Source: Camelus ferus
Taxonomy: Eukaryota
Assembly: GCF_009834535.1 (NCBI RefSeq)
Contig: NC_045697.1
Span: 73,968,001 to 74,032,000, forward strand
DNA length: 64,000 nucleotides
Direction: 5' to 3'
The notes under the pieces are model-generated. The model made no database searches. It was given only the letters and a program-made list of their open reading frames with translations, and had not been told where the DNA came from. Positions 38,219 to 51,283 of the stretch are shown here, piece by piece. Within the stretch, counting starts at the first letter, position 1. The number at the start of each line of letters is the position of its first letter. Both the position numbers and the translations under genes were made by a program.

Positions 38219-38557
38219 TGCTAGAGACTGGAAGTTTGTGCCCCTCAAATTCATATATTAATCCCTAATGCTCAATGTGGTGGGGTTTGGAGGTGGGATC
38301 TTTGGGGTGTGATTAGGTCAAGAGGGTGGAGCCCTCAGGAAAGAGATTAGTGCCCTTATAAAACAGACCCCAAGTATGAGGACATTGAGAAGACAGCCAT
38401 CTATGAGCCGGGAATTAAGCTCTCATCAGTCACTGAGTCTGCCAGTGCTTTGATCTTGGACTTAGCAAGACTCTAGAACTCCGAAATAAATTTCTGTTGC
38501 TTATAAGCCACTTCCACCTATGGCATTCTGTTATAGCAGCTTGAGTGGACTGAGACA
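38219..38557 (+). mobile_element. MaLR solo LTR (MLT1A0-type)
   Basis: TG...CA termini; aaattcatat..aatcc; gattaggtca.gagggtggagccctca; aataaatttctgttgcttataagccac. Confidence 0.9.
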
Positions 38558-40329
38558 ATTATGTTTGTTTTGTTGTGTTTTAGGTTTCTTAAATGCCCCA
38601 AACAACTCTCCACCACCAGCCCCAAAAGCTCAAGAAAGCATTCCGGTAAAACACCCAGCAGAAGCAACTGTAACACAGGTATACATAGTGAAGCCTATGG
38701 GAGTGAGGGGCCAGAGATACGATGAAAATTGTTTAAGGACATGATCAAGGAGTGGGGTCCCTTCAATGTGTTTTTAAAAACATCCCCACTAAAAACAATA
38801 TCAGAGCTAAACTTGCCACTTGAAGGGAGAGATTAGCTTAAAGTTATATAAAATAGTCTTTCATGCTACACTTTTCCTTTCCCTTGCACATTTCTGAAGC
38901 AGAAATAGTTACAATTCTATTTCAAGCTTTAAAAAAAAAAAAAAAGGCTCAACCTCATCCCCTGGCATTAGACCTGGTTTATCACTTCCCACCTCAGGCA
39001 TTCACACAGGAGCACTGCTGTTAATGTGGTCTGTCAGTAAATTGAGACTCTCAGAGTTAAGGGTTAATCAAAATAATTTAGGTGAAGCAGTTGGCTCCTG
39101 GGAGAATCTGCGTCCTCATCAGAAGCTGGCTGCACATGAGAGAGGAAAAAGGAAAAAAAAATGGTAAAAGCCACTGCTCTTTCAGCAGAAACCTCCTGGT
39201 CTCAGCTGGCACCCAGGCTCAATTACCGGCTTTTAGCTTAGTGGAAAGTCAAGCCTCCCCAAGCCCACTGGTGCTCTAGGCATCTTATTGGCTCATTAGA
39301 TATAGGATTTTGCTTTTCAGCCCCAGCCAAATGTGATGTGCTGTCCACCCAGGAGGTGTGATGAGAGCTGGAAGAGTTGACATGCGCTTCCCTCGGCCCT
39401 GCGTGGCGCGTCTCTCTCCCACCCTCCTCTGCGCTTTATTACTATCACAGGATGCGTGCAGAAATAACCAGTGAGAGGCTCTGTTCCAAACACTCAGACC
39501 TCAGTCCGTTCCTCAAAACGTATGTTTTCAGCGTGTGTCTGAGACCAAGTCACTTAGAAGTGTTTCCTACCCCGAATGGCTCTCAAAGTCGATGCCAATG
39601 AGGATTTAAGTATTATTCAAATAGCATTAATTAAGCAAACTCAGATGTCTTAAAGTCAGAAATTATCCATGAACGTGAGAAACCATTGGGAAGCTGCTTG
39701 AGGAGATTGGGAAAAGTCGAGAAGGGTTTTGGCCTCAATTATTCATCCCAATTAAGGATAACTTACTCTCTAGGTTAATCTTGTGCATAACAAACCAACT
39801 CATTTTGCAACAGTGACCTGTTCTGTGTGTGCACAGGGTTGGACTGTTAACAGTTAAAATAAGTCAATACAATGCAAGTGTCGGAGAATGCAGAGAAATG
39901 TACGCAGTCTCTGCTCACCTCCCAGCCGCCCCTGGAGGCTCCTGCCTCTCTCTTCCGGATTCTTCCTTTCTCTTTTCGCAGTAAGCAGCTTAGAAACACT
40001 GAAGACGTGTCTAAAAACAACCTGCTTCACCATTTGCCACACACATAACCCTCCTAGATTATGTAACAAATGATGATGAGTATTTATATAAAACAATAGA
40101 CTGATATGAATGAAGTTGTGGTAGAAATGCATGCGTTCACAGGGCTCTGCTGGCACTCTAAAGTGAACGAACATTCACTTGATGAACCCTTGAGAGCAGT
40201 CTGGTAATATGTTAAGGCCCCAAAATAGGTTTATACCTTTTAGCTGAGGGATCCCACCTTGAGGAAGTTATCTGAAAAGAAATAAATGTGCAGAAGAGAA
40301 AATTCATATACTGGAACTTATGTAAAAAA

Positions 40330-41030
40330 AATTCCTGAGCCCTGTTTGGCCCTGTGCTAAATACTTACCCTGCAAAGATGAATAGGAAATTGTCTTCAGT
40401 TATGAACTTCAACCCCTTCACTATCTAGTGGGGGAAGACAGGGACATAAATAATTACAACACGAGGAAAAAAACACACTGCCTGAGATTTGTGCTAGGTG
40501 GAGCAGTTGGTAACACAGAGGAGGTGGGAGCAGAAATAAAGGAGCGTTTATTCCATACATATTGTAAGTCTGCGCTAGGTTCTGAGGACAAGAAGTAAGC
40601 AAGATGGATGCCCACAGTGTTGTAGTGATTCCAAGGGAAAGGGGTGGTGTAGGCCACGGCCCACAAGGGATAAAGTGGCCTCATATATTTGGGGAACCCA
40701 ATGTAATATGGTATTTCTGGAGCACCAAGGCAAGGATTCAGGTAGAGGGAGTGAAGAGAGCAGAGAGGCCAGGCTGTGGGGAACTTGGTCGAAAGAGGTG
40801 CTGAGACTTTACCCTGTACATGATGCATAGGGTCGCTGAAGGATTTGAAGGATTGACAGAGTCAGATCTGCATTTTACAAGGTGATTCTGTTGCCAGTGT
40901 GGAAAATGAGTTGGGTTGGGGCAGGGATGAGCAGCAAGATTGGAGGCAGGGAGACCAAAGAGGAGTCTACTGCAGTAGCGCAGACGAAGAATCACGAGGG
41001 CTTGCACTAGATTAGTGCCACAGGGGACAG
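40330..41030 (-). mobile_element. L2 fragment
   Basis: ctgtgctaaa..aaagatgaatagga; gactttaccctgt; tcagatctgcattttacaag; ggaggcagggagacc..aggag. Confidence 0.7.
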
Positions 41031-41792
41031 AGATCTGCGCAGCAGGCCTTGGACATTCTCCAGGGGATCGTCCTGCAAGTGACCAACCTGATGAATACGG
41101 TGGTGTCTACAGAAGTGCCTGGTTTCTCCCAATAACTTTCCATTTCCATTTGGAGATTCCTATCCTGTGTCTGTCTAAAAACCATAAGTTAAATAACTAA
41201 ATTTTTTATTAAATCTTTCTCTTCCACTTCAACAGCTTTTGCACCCAAACTGGAATGCCCGTAGCAATCCTTTCACGGTGATAAATTCAACTGTGGTGCT
41301 GATCTGAACCACCTGCCAAATATGACAGTTGCCTCTTCAGTCTATTCCGGATGATTTTCCTAGTCTGTTTTCTCTTTCTCTTCACCTCTGTCATTAGCAA
41401 TAAGCAAGTAAGTATAAAGTTCTTTATAGAATCATATTTCATAAGAAATAAGGTATTGTTGTCTTCCCTGCAAATGCTAGGACAAGAAAGGAACCATAAA
41501 GCTGAGTGTGAAGGCAGGATGAGTTTGGGAAGAGCTGGGAGGGGAGCAGTGACTCACTTCTGAATATTAGCTTTACAACACCTTACATTAGGTTTAGCCT
41601 CAGGATGTAATGAAATGATGTTTGTAAAGCAGTCAGTACAGTATCTGGTATAGAGGAAATACTCAGAAAGTGTTTAGCAAAGCCATGTAATTTAAAGTCA
41701 TGCAACTGATTAATTTTTTTCAGTTAATGGGTAAGAAATCTCTACCTCAGGTCAAAAGGATTTTAAATACAATTTCAGAATACATACAAATA

Positions 41793-42696
41793 CACATGAA
41801 AACATGCCCAATATAACTAATTATCAGAGAAATGCAAATCAAAACTACAGCGAGGTACCACCTCACACCAGTCAGAATGGCGATCATTTAAAAGTCCACA
41901 AATGATAAATGCTGGAGAAGATGTGGAGAAAAGGGAACCCTCCTACACTGTTGGTGGGAATGTGGTTTGGTGCAGCCATTATGGAAAACAGTATGGAGAT
42001 TCCTGTAAAAATTAAAAATAGACTTACCATATGATCTAGTAATCCCACTCCTGGGCATATATCTGGAGGGAATTCTAATTCAAAAAGGTACATGCACCCC
42101 AATGTTCATAGCAGTACTATTTACAATAGCTAAGACATGGAAGCAACCTACATGTCCATTGACAGACGACTGGATAAATAAGTTGTGGTATATTTATACA
42201 ATGGAACACTACTCAGCCATAAAAAAGAATAAAAGAATGCCATTTGCAGCAACATGGATGGACCTGGAGATCATCATTCTAAGTGAAGTAAGCCAGAAAG
42301 AAAAAGTAAAATGCCATATGATATCACTCATATGTGGAATCTGGGGGGAAAAAAAAAAGACAAGACACAAATGAACTTACTTACAAAACAGAAAGAGACT
42401 CACAGACATAGAAAACAAACTTATGGTTACCAGGGGGTAAAGGGGGTAGAAGGGGATAAATTGGGAGTTCGAGATTTGCAGATACTAACTACTATATATT
42501 TAAAATAGATAAATAACAAGTTTATAGTATAGCACACAGGGAACTATATTCAATATCTTGTAGTAACCTATAATGAAAAAGAATATGAAAAGGAATATAT
42601 GTATGTGTATGTATGACTGAAACATTATACTGTAAACCAGAAATTGACACAACATTGTAAACTGACTATACTTCAATAAAATTTTTCAATTTAAAA
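41793..42696 (+). mobile_element. 5'-truncated young L1
   Basis: MFIAVLFTIAKTWKQPTCPLTDDWINKLWYIYTMEHYSAIKKN ORF2 end; TSD aatacatacaaata (41779-41792) / aatgcatacaaata (42697-42710). Confidence 0.95.
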
Positions 42697-43450
42697 AATG
42701 CATACAAATATACAAAAATAAAGGTTTTGATACACAGGTATCAAAAAGCATATGTTAAAAACAATATCATGTACTAATACGTAAGGATGCCCAAGATCAC
42801 TGTTAAGTGGAGAAAGAGCAAGCTGAAGACATGCATGATCTTATTTGCATAAAAAAAAATAACAATTCTGTCTCAAGAAAATATCAAATTTTGCAACTCT
42901 TAAAATACCTCTTAAGTTTTCAGAGTAAAGTGATGAAAAAATTCACAACTGTTTTAGGCAAAATACTGCTGTGTTACTGCCAGGATAACATGGTTCATAC
43001 TCCCCTACAACAGTTTTGAAGTCTTTTGCTGGCAACACAAGTTCTCATGCTGAGAGTCACTAAGGATGATGCGAAGTGATTTCTCAGTTGCTGCTGAGGT
43101 GTTTTCAAGGCCTTGCTCTATAAACACACATATTCCCAGAGGGCTGTTTTTGTTTCTGATTGTTTAATCTTTTAAGAGTTTATATATCAGTCAAATGTCA
43201 TTTAAAGTCACTGGGATTCGTGCAAATTGAAGGTTTTACACCTATTATAAAAATAGAGGTTACTATTTACAATGAGAAAATGTGAATAGGTCATCTCTAC
43301 TAAGAGGCTACTTCACCAGAGGGGAAGCATCAGAATGATGTTGCTAATATTTAAGAGCCAGGTTTGAAATGTCCCTCAGTAAGACAGAGATGATCTGGGG
43401 AAAGAATTCCTCGAAGTGCAAATGGACAAAACTGAGAGCAGTACAGCTGA

Positions 43451-43736
43451 AGTCTTGCTGCTGAAAGGACAGTCTTCTAACCAGCAGCCTCAACATCACC
43501 TTGGAGCTTGTTAGAAATACAGAATCTCAGGCTCTACCCCAGACCAACTGAATCAGAATCTGCAATTCATTTTATTTTTATTTTTACTTTTTTAAATGGA
43601 GATACTGGGGATTGAACATAGGACCTCTTGCATGCTAAGCTTTCTCTCTACTACTGAGCCATACCCTCCCCCATAATCTGCATTTTAACGAGATCACTAG
43701 GTGATCTATAAGCATGTTAGCATTTGAGGAGGGCAG
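43451..43736. mobile_element. MER5A/MER5A1 split by a SINE
   Basis: accagcagc..catcacc.tggagcttgttagaaatacagaatctcaggc..accccagacc.actgaatcagaatctgca | ttttaacgagatc..caggtgat. Confidence 0.85.
43568..43672 (-). mobile_element. tRNA-derived SINE, Vic-1 type, short variant
   Basis: ggagatactggggattgaac..aggacctc..gcatgctaagc...actgagccataccctcccc; TSD aatctgcaatt (43557-43567) / aatctgcattt (43675-43685). Confidence 0.92.
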
Positions 43737-44009
43737 AGCTTAAATCAGTGGCTTGTTTGGTCATAGTCATTAACATTTTTTTCATGAAAAAACACTCCAT
43801 ATATTAATTTTTCTAAAAACTGTTTTTATTATTCACAGTACTCCAGTGAATAATATATTCACTGACACTGCTGTTTTTCTTGTGGAAAATTTATTTGTAT
43901 ATATTTTTTAATGGCTCACTTTTAGGAAACTAATCATGACTTCAATTGAGAGAAGAAAATACTATAAGTGATGGACTTTAAAAGGAAATGCAAGAGTAGT
44001 GCAAACCAC

Positions 44010-44300
44010 AGTCAAGATTTACTGGGAGGCAGAATTGACACGACTGAGTGAAACTGGATATGGAGGCGAATGAATAGAAGAGGAACTGTGAAGAGTAACT
44101 CCTAGATTTCTGGCTTAGGCAGGTGGACAGAGGCTGGAACCCATTCACCAGTGGAAGATGTATGGTTTTGGAAAGGAAAACCATATGTTCAATTTTTGGA
44201 CATGCTGAGCCTTGCTCACTTTCCAGTTGGAGATGTCTAAGAGGCAGCTGGATACAGAGGTCAGGCTCAGGAAAGAAGTCTGAGTTAAGAAGCTAGTGGG
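44010..44300 (-). mobile_element. L2 fragment
   Basis: actcctagatttctggctt; gttcaatttttggacatgctgag; ggagatgtctaagaggcagctggata. Confidence 0.8.
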
Positions 44301-45584
44301 CCATTTATGCAAGGCCCAGAGCAGTGTCGTCCAGCATCGCAATGAAGCTCTGGTACCTTCACTCTATCTTTACCCAGCACTAGCTATTTAATAACCCACT
44401 GGTATCTTCCACAAAGTTCGTGCAATCCTGAACCTGTTAGTGAGATGTGATGCATCCACCATGAAATCATATTATCTTTACTCCCCAGCAGTGGAGGGAC
44501 CTCGAAGTTCATCTCATGAAGGCCCTCTGGGGTAATCTGAGGAAGTCCTGTAACAGAGTGGACTGGATCCAGGCAGGACAAATAGAGGTTCCGGATGTGA
44601 TCCTAAACCAGGCTAAAGACTGGACTTCTCCCCCAAATTCTTCAGCCTCAAACCAGAGGTAGCCATCATCACTTCACTGACATGTACACGATGTATGTTA
44701 CTCCTCATAACCTGTCATCATGGTTTTCTTTGAGATATCTCCTGACAACTTCCTTGCTTCTGAAATAAATATTGACCTTAGACTAAAGGAAGAGAACTTA
44801 GCCTTGAAAGGTAAAGTGTGAAAGCTGCAAGTGAATAAAGGAAATGCATTAGGTAATGTCTTCCACAAATATGAAATAATTAAAAATCTTTCAGAGCAGT
44901 TAACTTTTTGTGTTTACTTATATTTTTCAGTTTTAAAACCTGGCAGTTCAGCAAGTTGAGGCATTTCTTTAATTTGGTACAATAATAAATTCAACACATG
45001 TCAAAGAGAAACTATTCAGTGTATTTGGGTTTTTGAATTTTTCAAAAAGTTTCCTAGTATACAAAATCAAGTACAGAACTCAAGTTTATTGGGATCATTT
45101 TTCTTTTATAAATAGCACCACCTCTGGACAACACAACTGCTGCAGGTGCAGGAGAAAAAGTGCATTCATACCCATTTCATAATGTTTCTTTAATTAAAGG
45201 GGACGTTTAAATTCTAAAAATAGACAACCTGATTTAAGCAGGAATGAAATAGCCCATCTCAGGTAGGAGCTTTTATTTCAGCTGAGCTTGTTTTTTTGGG
45301 AGACTGACTTCTTTCTGCAGCGGGATACTTCCTCAAAGTCGGAGAAGAGGTGCTGGGGAAGAGTAAGTACCACTGCAATGTTAAAGCAAAGAGCTTTTAT
45401 TTGGGCCTCTGATGCTCTATAATCTCATTAAAACCAATGCAAGAGGAGAAAGCAATTTAACAACAAAATTTAGTCAGTGGCCACGTGTCTTTTACAGAAA
45501 CTCAAGGAAAATATCCAGATAATTTTGTCATTCTGCTAGATAGCTTTTCAAGTAGCCATCTACTTACTTACAGTAAACATATTT

Positions 45585-45821
45585 GGGTGGGAGGGATAAA
45601 TTAGGAGTTTGGAATTTGCAGATACTAACTACTATATATAAAAGAGATGAACAACAAGGTCCTACTGTATAGCACAGGGAACTATATTCAGTATCTTGTA
45701 ATAACCTATAATAAAAAAGAATATGAAAAAGAATAAATATATATGTATAATGGAATCACTATGCTGTACACCAAAAAATTAACACATCATAAATCAACTG
45801 TACTTCAATTAAAAAAAAAAA
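45585..45821 (+). mobile_element. Short 5'-truncated L1 (3' UTR only)
   Basis: gggataaattaggagtttgg...caacaaggtcctactgtatagcacagggaactatattca...cttcaattaaaaaaaaaa. Confidence 0.92.
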
Positions 45822-46089
45822 TGTGGGAAACTCAAATGAGACCACAAAGATGAGAGACGGGGTGTGAATGTTCACCAGGATGGAAGAACTTGATCACAGT
45901 GACATCAGCTGCAGGGGCAGCTCCCTCTCCCAGTGGCCACTCTGGTCAAGAAAGTAACTTTTCATAGATGTCACATAACTAATGTTTCTGTGAGCTTCCT
46001 TCTCTGATGACGGGCACAGCAAAACGTAATTTCAAAGATCAAGTGGATGGGATTTTATGGCCCTTGCCTATCAGCTGTGTTTGTTTCAC

Positions 46090-46838
46090 AGACTCCATGT
46101 ACTGAGCCACACATCAGGCACTATTCTATATGCTTCACATACATTATCTCATCTGGTCCTCATACCGTCCCTAGCAAGTCAAGTTTCATTTCTAGAGATG
46201 CGTATCATCTTCTCTTTACTCCCACATGCTTATCATCACATTTCAGGAAGGGGTTGACTTTCATATGACAAGATCCTGATCCACCAGGTCACACTTGACT
46301 AGACCAGAGCTGAACACTTGGCATCAGGTGGGCGATGCCACTCAAATTCTTATTGTTAGGAATTTGCAGTTGGATAGAGATAAACCAGGTTGGTCCCTGT
46401 TGGGCATTAGAATGGATAACATCTGATGGAGAGGCCATGTTGGATCCATTTGCAAGCCTTTGGGGAGAATGAAGAATGATGCAGACAAAGACTGTTTGGC
46501 TTTAAGAGAGACTGACTGACTCAGAAGTCCCACTGATGGCCTGGCTGTATTTCAGTTCCTGGATTCACTTGCTGATGAGGTCTGCCACACTGCCTGTCCT
46601 TGGGGGTTCATGAGACAGCCTGGATTCTTACAATGATTTCTCCTTTCTTCTTAAATTACCTTCAGTAGATTTCCCTCAATACAACACAATGGTCTCTAAG
46701 AGAGTATTCTTATCCTCATTCTGTGGAGGAGGAAAAAGACTCGAGAGTTTTAAGTGAGATGTTGCCCAAGATCATGCAGAGTAAAACGTGGAGTTCAAGC
46801 CCACATCTCTGGGACTCCAAAGTCTGTGCTTTTCACCA
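46090..46838 (-). mobile_element. MIR split by an old ERVL-type LTR (LTR33/16-like, ~46185-46703)
   Basis: MIR halves caggcactattcta..tgcttcacatacattatctcat (46110-46175) and atcctcatt...ttgcccaagatca...gactccaaag (46705-46838) flank ~520 bp with LTR-like end; LTR family uncertain. Confidence 0.55.
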
Positions 46839-49269
46839 TTAGATTCACTCAGATACAAATATTTCAACATACATTGTGGACGGCTGAAGCTGTCTGAGTC
46901 TTCTAAGCTAGAGCCTTTGTGATTTCAGGGGTTATTGCTGTGTCTTCTTAAAGTTTAACATGCAAAACAAATGCTCGTTGGAGACAGACAGGCATAGAGT
47001 GGCCGTGTTTTCATCTACATCATTTAGTCGAGGGAAGTGAAACTTCCTGCTTTCTAGCTGAATTGGCCATCTCTCAAGGACTGATTCTAATTGCTTTTGC
47101 AGAACACATATATCTCCAGTAAGTTAGACCCATCTCCTTCCAAGAAAAAAAATTTCATTTTCCTCTGGTCAATTTTCTATGCACAATTTATCATCACTAG
47201 ACCATCCTTATTGTTTAGCTTCGTGGACTGTTTCCCAGAAGAAATTGACATATATCTTTTTCTCTAACTAGCCATGAACCCAGTTACTCATATAACTTCT
47301 GAAGAGCCCAACTTCAGAGTTTAGCTATTAGCTTCCCTTTATGGAGAAAGAAAGCTCACTTAAGTGATCCTATTACCCTTCCCAAGCTCCCTTGGCTCTC
47401 ATCCTGGGCTGGGAGGCCTCCCCACTCCATCACCCCATATAACTGCTTGGCTCACAAGAATCTGGACTCGGGCCACTGATTCAGTGATTATGAGCATGGT
47501 TAAGGTTAAGATGTTTGTATTGTCGTTCAGACAAAAAACCATCACTTGCTACACCTCCATCAATTTTGGTTAAATTTGTTACACTCATAATAGTATAACA
47601 TCGACAAAAATTTTTAAAAAATCACCCAGCTGCCCACCACTCTAATAAATCACCTGCCTCAGCTTGTCCACATGTATACTTTTTAACCTTATTTTAATCA
47701 TAATCAATGCTACTTTGTATTTAGTTTCCCTTCACCTAACTTGTCAGAAGGCACTTTTCTGTACTGCTGATTTTTTAAATCATCATTTGGAAGGCCACAT
47801 CCTCCCAGTGCACCCATCACTTCTTTGGCAAAAGATTTTGGGATTTTACTGAACTTAGGGTCCAAAAGCAACAGATAAAGAAGCTGGGGATGAAGGCAAT
47901 AAGGCCTTTTGTCCTGAGGGCAGGGCAGGTCAGTAGGGACATATAGTTCCAATTGCGACTCGTATTTTCGATGAGTAAGTTATGTGCCCCTACCTTCTCT
48001 CCAGATAGGTCCCAGGTGTGTTACAGAGAAACCTAGGATGGAGTTTTCTCCCTTCTGATCCCAGCTGTGACTCCAAGGGACTTGCAGTGTCTCCGGAACT
48101 ACTGGGGGACATCTCCTCTAGACCATCAGTCAGGGCTTCTAGCAGACTTTCTAGGAAAAAGTGCCTCTTTATGGCTAGTGGACAAGGCATAGTGATCTAG
48201 GCCTGGATCTAGAAATGTAAATCTGGGTAAGCAAAACATACTAATATTCTAAAACACAAACACGTACACACTTTTCAAAACAAACCAGTTAATTTTCTTA
48301 TTAAATACAAAGACATGGAACCACATAGTAACACAAAAAACAAAAAGGAGGGGGAAAAGAGGGGTTCCATGTTTCTTAATATGGGTGCCCCTACCATCCC
48401 TCAGCCTTACCTTTCAAAGGGGGTTCACTCTTATTTTAAATCAAATCTTAGTGTATAAAAAGGTATACAATTTGCTACTTTGTTACTCAGTTGTCAAAAG
48501 CTCCAATGTACTCAACGCACCTGTTTGAGTATTTCTTGCTTCTCAGAGAAGCCTGTCTCAGATCAGCTTCATTCTTCTAGGTCACCCTTCCTTCCGATCA
48601 GGGGCTGCTCCCTTCAGTAGAGGTCTCCACGCTAGTCCTGCTGAAGCAGCCTAAAATACCTCTTCTCTTGCCTTTTACAGTGGCCACAATGATGTCACTC
48701 TCACCTGTTTCTGAGCTGATTCAAGACTAAGTAACTCAGCCCCTGCCACTAAAGATCAGATTATTTTGAACCATAACCAATGTAGATTTACTGCAGTCAA
48801 CCCATTTACCCAACAGTTCTAAATTAAACACAGATATACTCAACATGTGTGCTAAGAAGACTTATAAAGGAGAAACACTATTTGCCAAGCTTCAAAAGGT
48901 TTTAACTTAGTTTTCATGACAGGTAATCTGTTGAGAATGGTAGACACCTTTAAAATGGTGGAGTGATAACTCACTCTACCACTCACTTTAAAGTTGTAGT
49001 GGTAACTCAAAAAAAAATTAAATTTTAATTAAAAACTTTAAAATTGAAAACTCAGGTCAGTGGGCTTTCCTTTAATCCCACCCTCCTTGAGCACTCTGTA
49101 GCATTCAATGCAGCTGTCCATTTACCCTCCATCCCTGCCCTGGCTCCTAAGGCACCCATAATACTAGGCTAGTTTTACTCTCATTTCTTGCTCTGCACCT
49201 TCAGGGTTTCTTCCTGTTTCCTCAGGGAGGTCATTCACTCCAAAAAAACCCCTGCAATTATCACCTCCA

Positions 49270-49645
49270 TGTAGCTTGTTGGGATCAGCCGGGAGTAGTG
49301 ATAGAAACCTAACTTGAACCAACATAAAAATGTAAAAGCCATTTAATGTAATTAATGCCAGGCAAGAATGAAGCTGAGCCTTAGGAACATCTGTGATCAG
49401 AGACTCAAAACATGGCCTTTTTTCTCTTTTGCTCATTTTGTTTTCTTTCTCTCTGTATCTATTTCATTTTCCTTCATGCAGACTGAATTTATGTCTCTTT
49501 TGTTACAGAGAGAAGGAAGACTGGGCTACAATGTCTTGGTCTCAATTCCAAATCTTTAAGACAGGATATTAATTGACTCCACTTAGGCTTGGGTCTTAAA
49601 TAAATCAATTTTGACTGTGGGTCCAGTCAAAGGAAAGGGTCAGGT
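49270..49645 (-). mobile_element. Old MaLR LTR (MLT1J/K/L-like)
   Basis: agtgatagaaacctaacttgaac; gatcagagactcaaa; decayed, family uncertain. Confidence 0.45.
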
Positions 49646-49689
49646 GCTCACCTAGGATTGATCTAAGTGGTCTAAGAACATGGTATCTC

Positions 49690-50185
49690 TAATAGTCACC
49701 TCCAGACCTAACTTACCCCAGCATATAAAGATTTGCTGGCTAGTGTCACATACTGCCACCTCAAATTTAACAAGCCTGAAACTGACCTCATCATTTCCCA
49801 CCCCAATAAGTAAGCTACCCTCACCCCCACCTTTACTCTTGGTGAATGAATGGTACCAGCATCTTCTCAGCATCCTTAGCCCAAACCTTGAATCATCTTG
49901 TCTCACCTCTTTCTCTCTCCTCCATGTGCAGTCATCAGTTTGTATAAGGGAAATAGATAGTATTTAGTGGACGTTTACTGTGTGCCCCTAAATGATGTAT
50001 ACATTATTGCATTTAATTTTCAAAACAAACCCATAAGTAGATGCTATCGATAAAATCATTTTATAGAAAAAGGAGATTAAGGCTTAAAAAAAAATCTTGC
50101 CCAAGCTCACACAGCTAAGTAATGGCCCTAGGAAGCCAGTTGAACTCTGTTTGACTTCAGAGCTTCTAACCACCTTGCCATACCA
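49690..50185. mobile_element. L2 fragment (+, ~49690-49940) followed by MIR (-, ~49955-50185)
   Basis: cacctcaaatttaaca..ctgaaactgacctcatcatttcc; cattttatagaaaaggagattaaggc..cttgcccaagctcacacagctaagtaatggc. Confidence 0.7.
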
Positions 50186-50825
50186 CCTCATTTCTTTTGA
50201 ATCATGTTTGTTACTTCGGATCCCTGGTATCTCACATCCTGCAAATTCCTCTCCATCACCTTGTGCATCCGTACAAACAGCCTTGGCACTGCCTTCCCCT
50301 ACAGCTATTCAGTCCTGAAGCTGCCCTGGAACCTGGAGCCATGTGTGAGAAACCCAGACTATCAGCACTCCCAGTGTTTCATGCCTTGATGGTTGTGTAT
50401 GAAAATTTCTATAATCAAAGTTTTTTTTTTAAAGCAATTCAGTGTGTTCGCTTGTCCTATTTTCCCTTTAAGTCATGCATTCCTCTGTATCTTCTATGTT
50501 TTTCATGACTCACTAGACACCTACCAAAATCCCAGAGCATAAAATGCTTTTGATGGCCATAATTACTGATTGTTGGCCTCAGGTATGGATGTCACCTTCT
50601 CTCTGACTGGATGTCTCTTACCTGAAGACTCCTATTACTATTTCTAGGGAACTTTTTCCCCACAATGTGCTTCAGTTTTCTAGAACACTGCTTTTCTGGA
50701 AATCGGACTCAGGTAAACCTCACAATCCTCTGCCAGAGGCCGCTTCCCCTGGAACACGCCTCATTGACCTTCTTTCACACATCACACACCAGTGCTGAAT
50801 CTCCACTGGTCATGGTGAGTAGTTG

Positions 50826-51283
50826 TGTTGTAGGCAGGCTTTAAAATGGTGCCCAATGATCCTTGCCTCCTGGTATCCACTCACATTTAATCCCTCCCCT
50901 CAAGTGTAGGCTGAACCTGGTGACTTACTTCTAGCCAATAGGCTACAGCGTGACGATGTGATGTCACTTCCATGATTAGCTTACAGAAGACTGTGACTGC
51001 CATCTGGGAGATTTCCTTCTTGGCTTGTGCTCTTTGGTGACGCAAGCTGCCACGTTGGAGAGGCCTCAGGCCAGTAGGCAGCAAGAAACCGAATCTTCCC
51101 AATAACTGTGAAAGCTTGGAATCAAATCCTCCCCCAGTCACGTCTTGAGATGTCCTTGAAGTAGAGAACCCAGCTAAGCCCTGCCTGGATTCCTGATTCA
51201 AAGAAATCGTGAGATAATGCATGTTTGTTTACTCGGTTAAATTGTGTTGATAATCTATTATGCAGATAGATTAATAAAGGAAC
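50826..51283 (+). mobile_element. MaLR solo LTR (MLT1F-type)
   Basis: aatgatccttgcctcctggtat...taatccctcccctcaagtgtaggctg.acctggtgactt.cttcta; acccagctaagccctgcctggattcctga..gtgagataat. Confidence 0.85.

Noticed and set aside
42725..42746. Hairpin TTTTGATAC-acag-GTATCAAAA as terminator or structured RNA
   Set aside because: Short AT-rich stem expected by chance; intrinsic terminators are not relevant in mammalian nuclear DNA.
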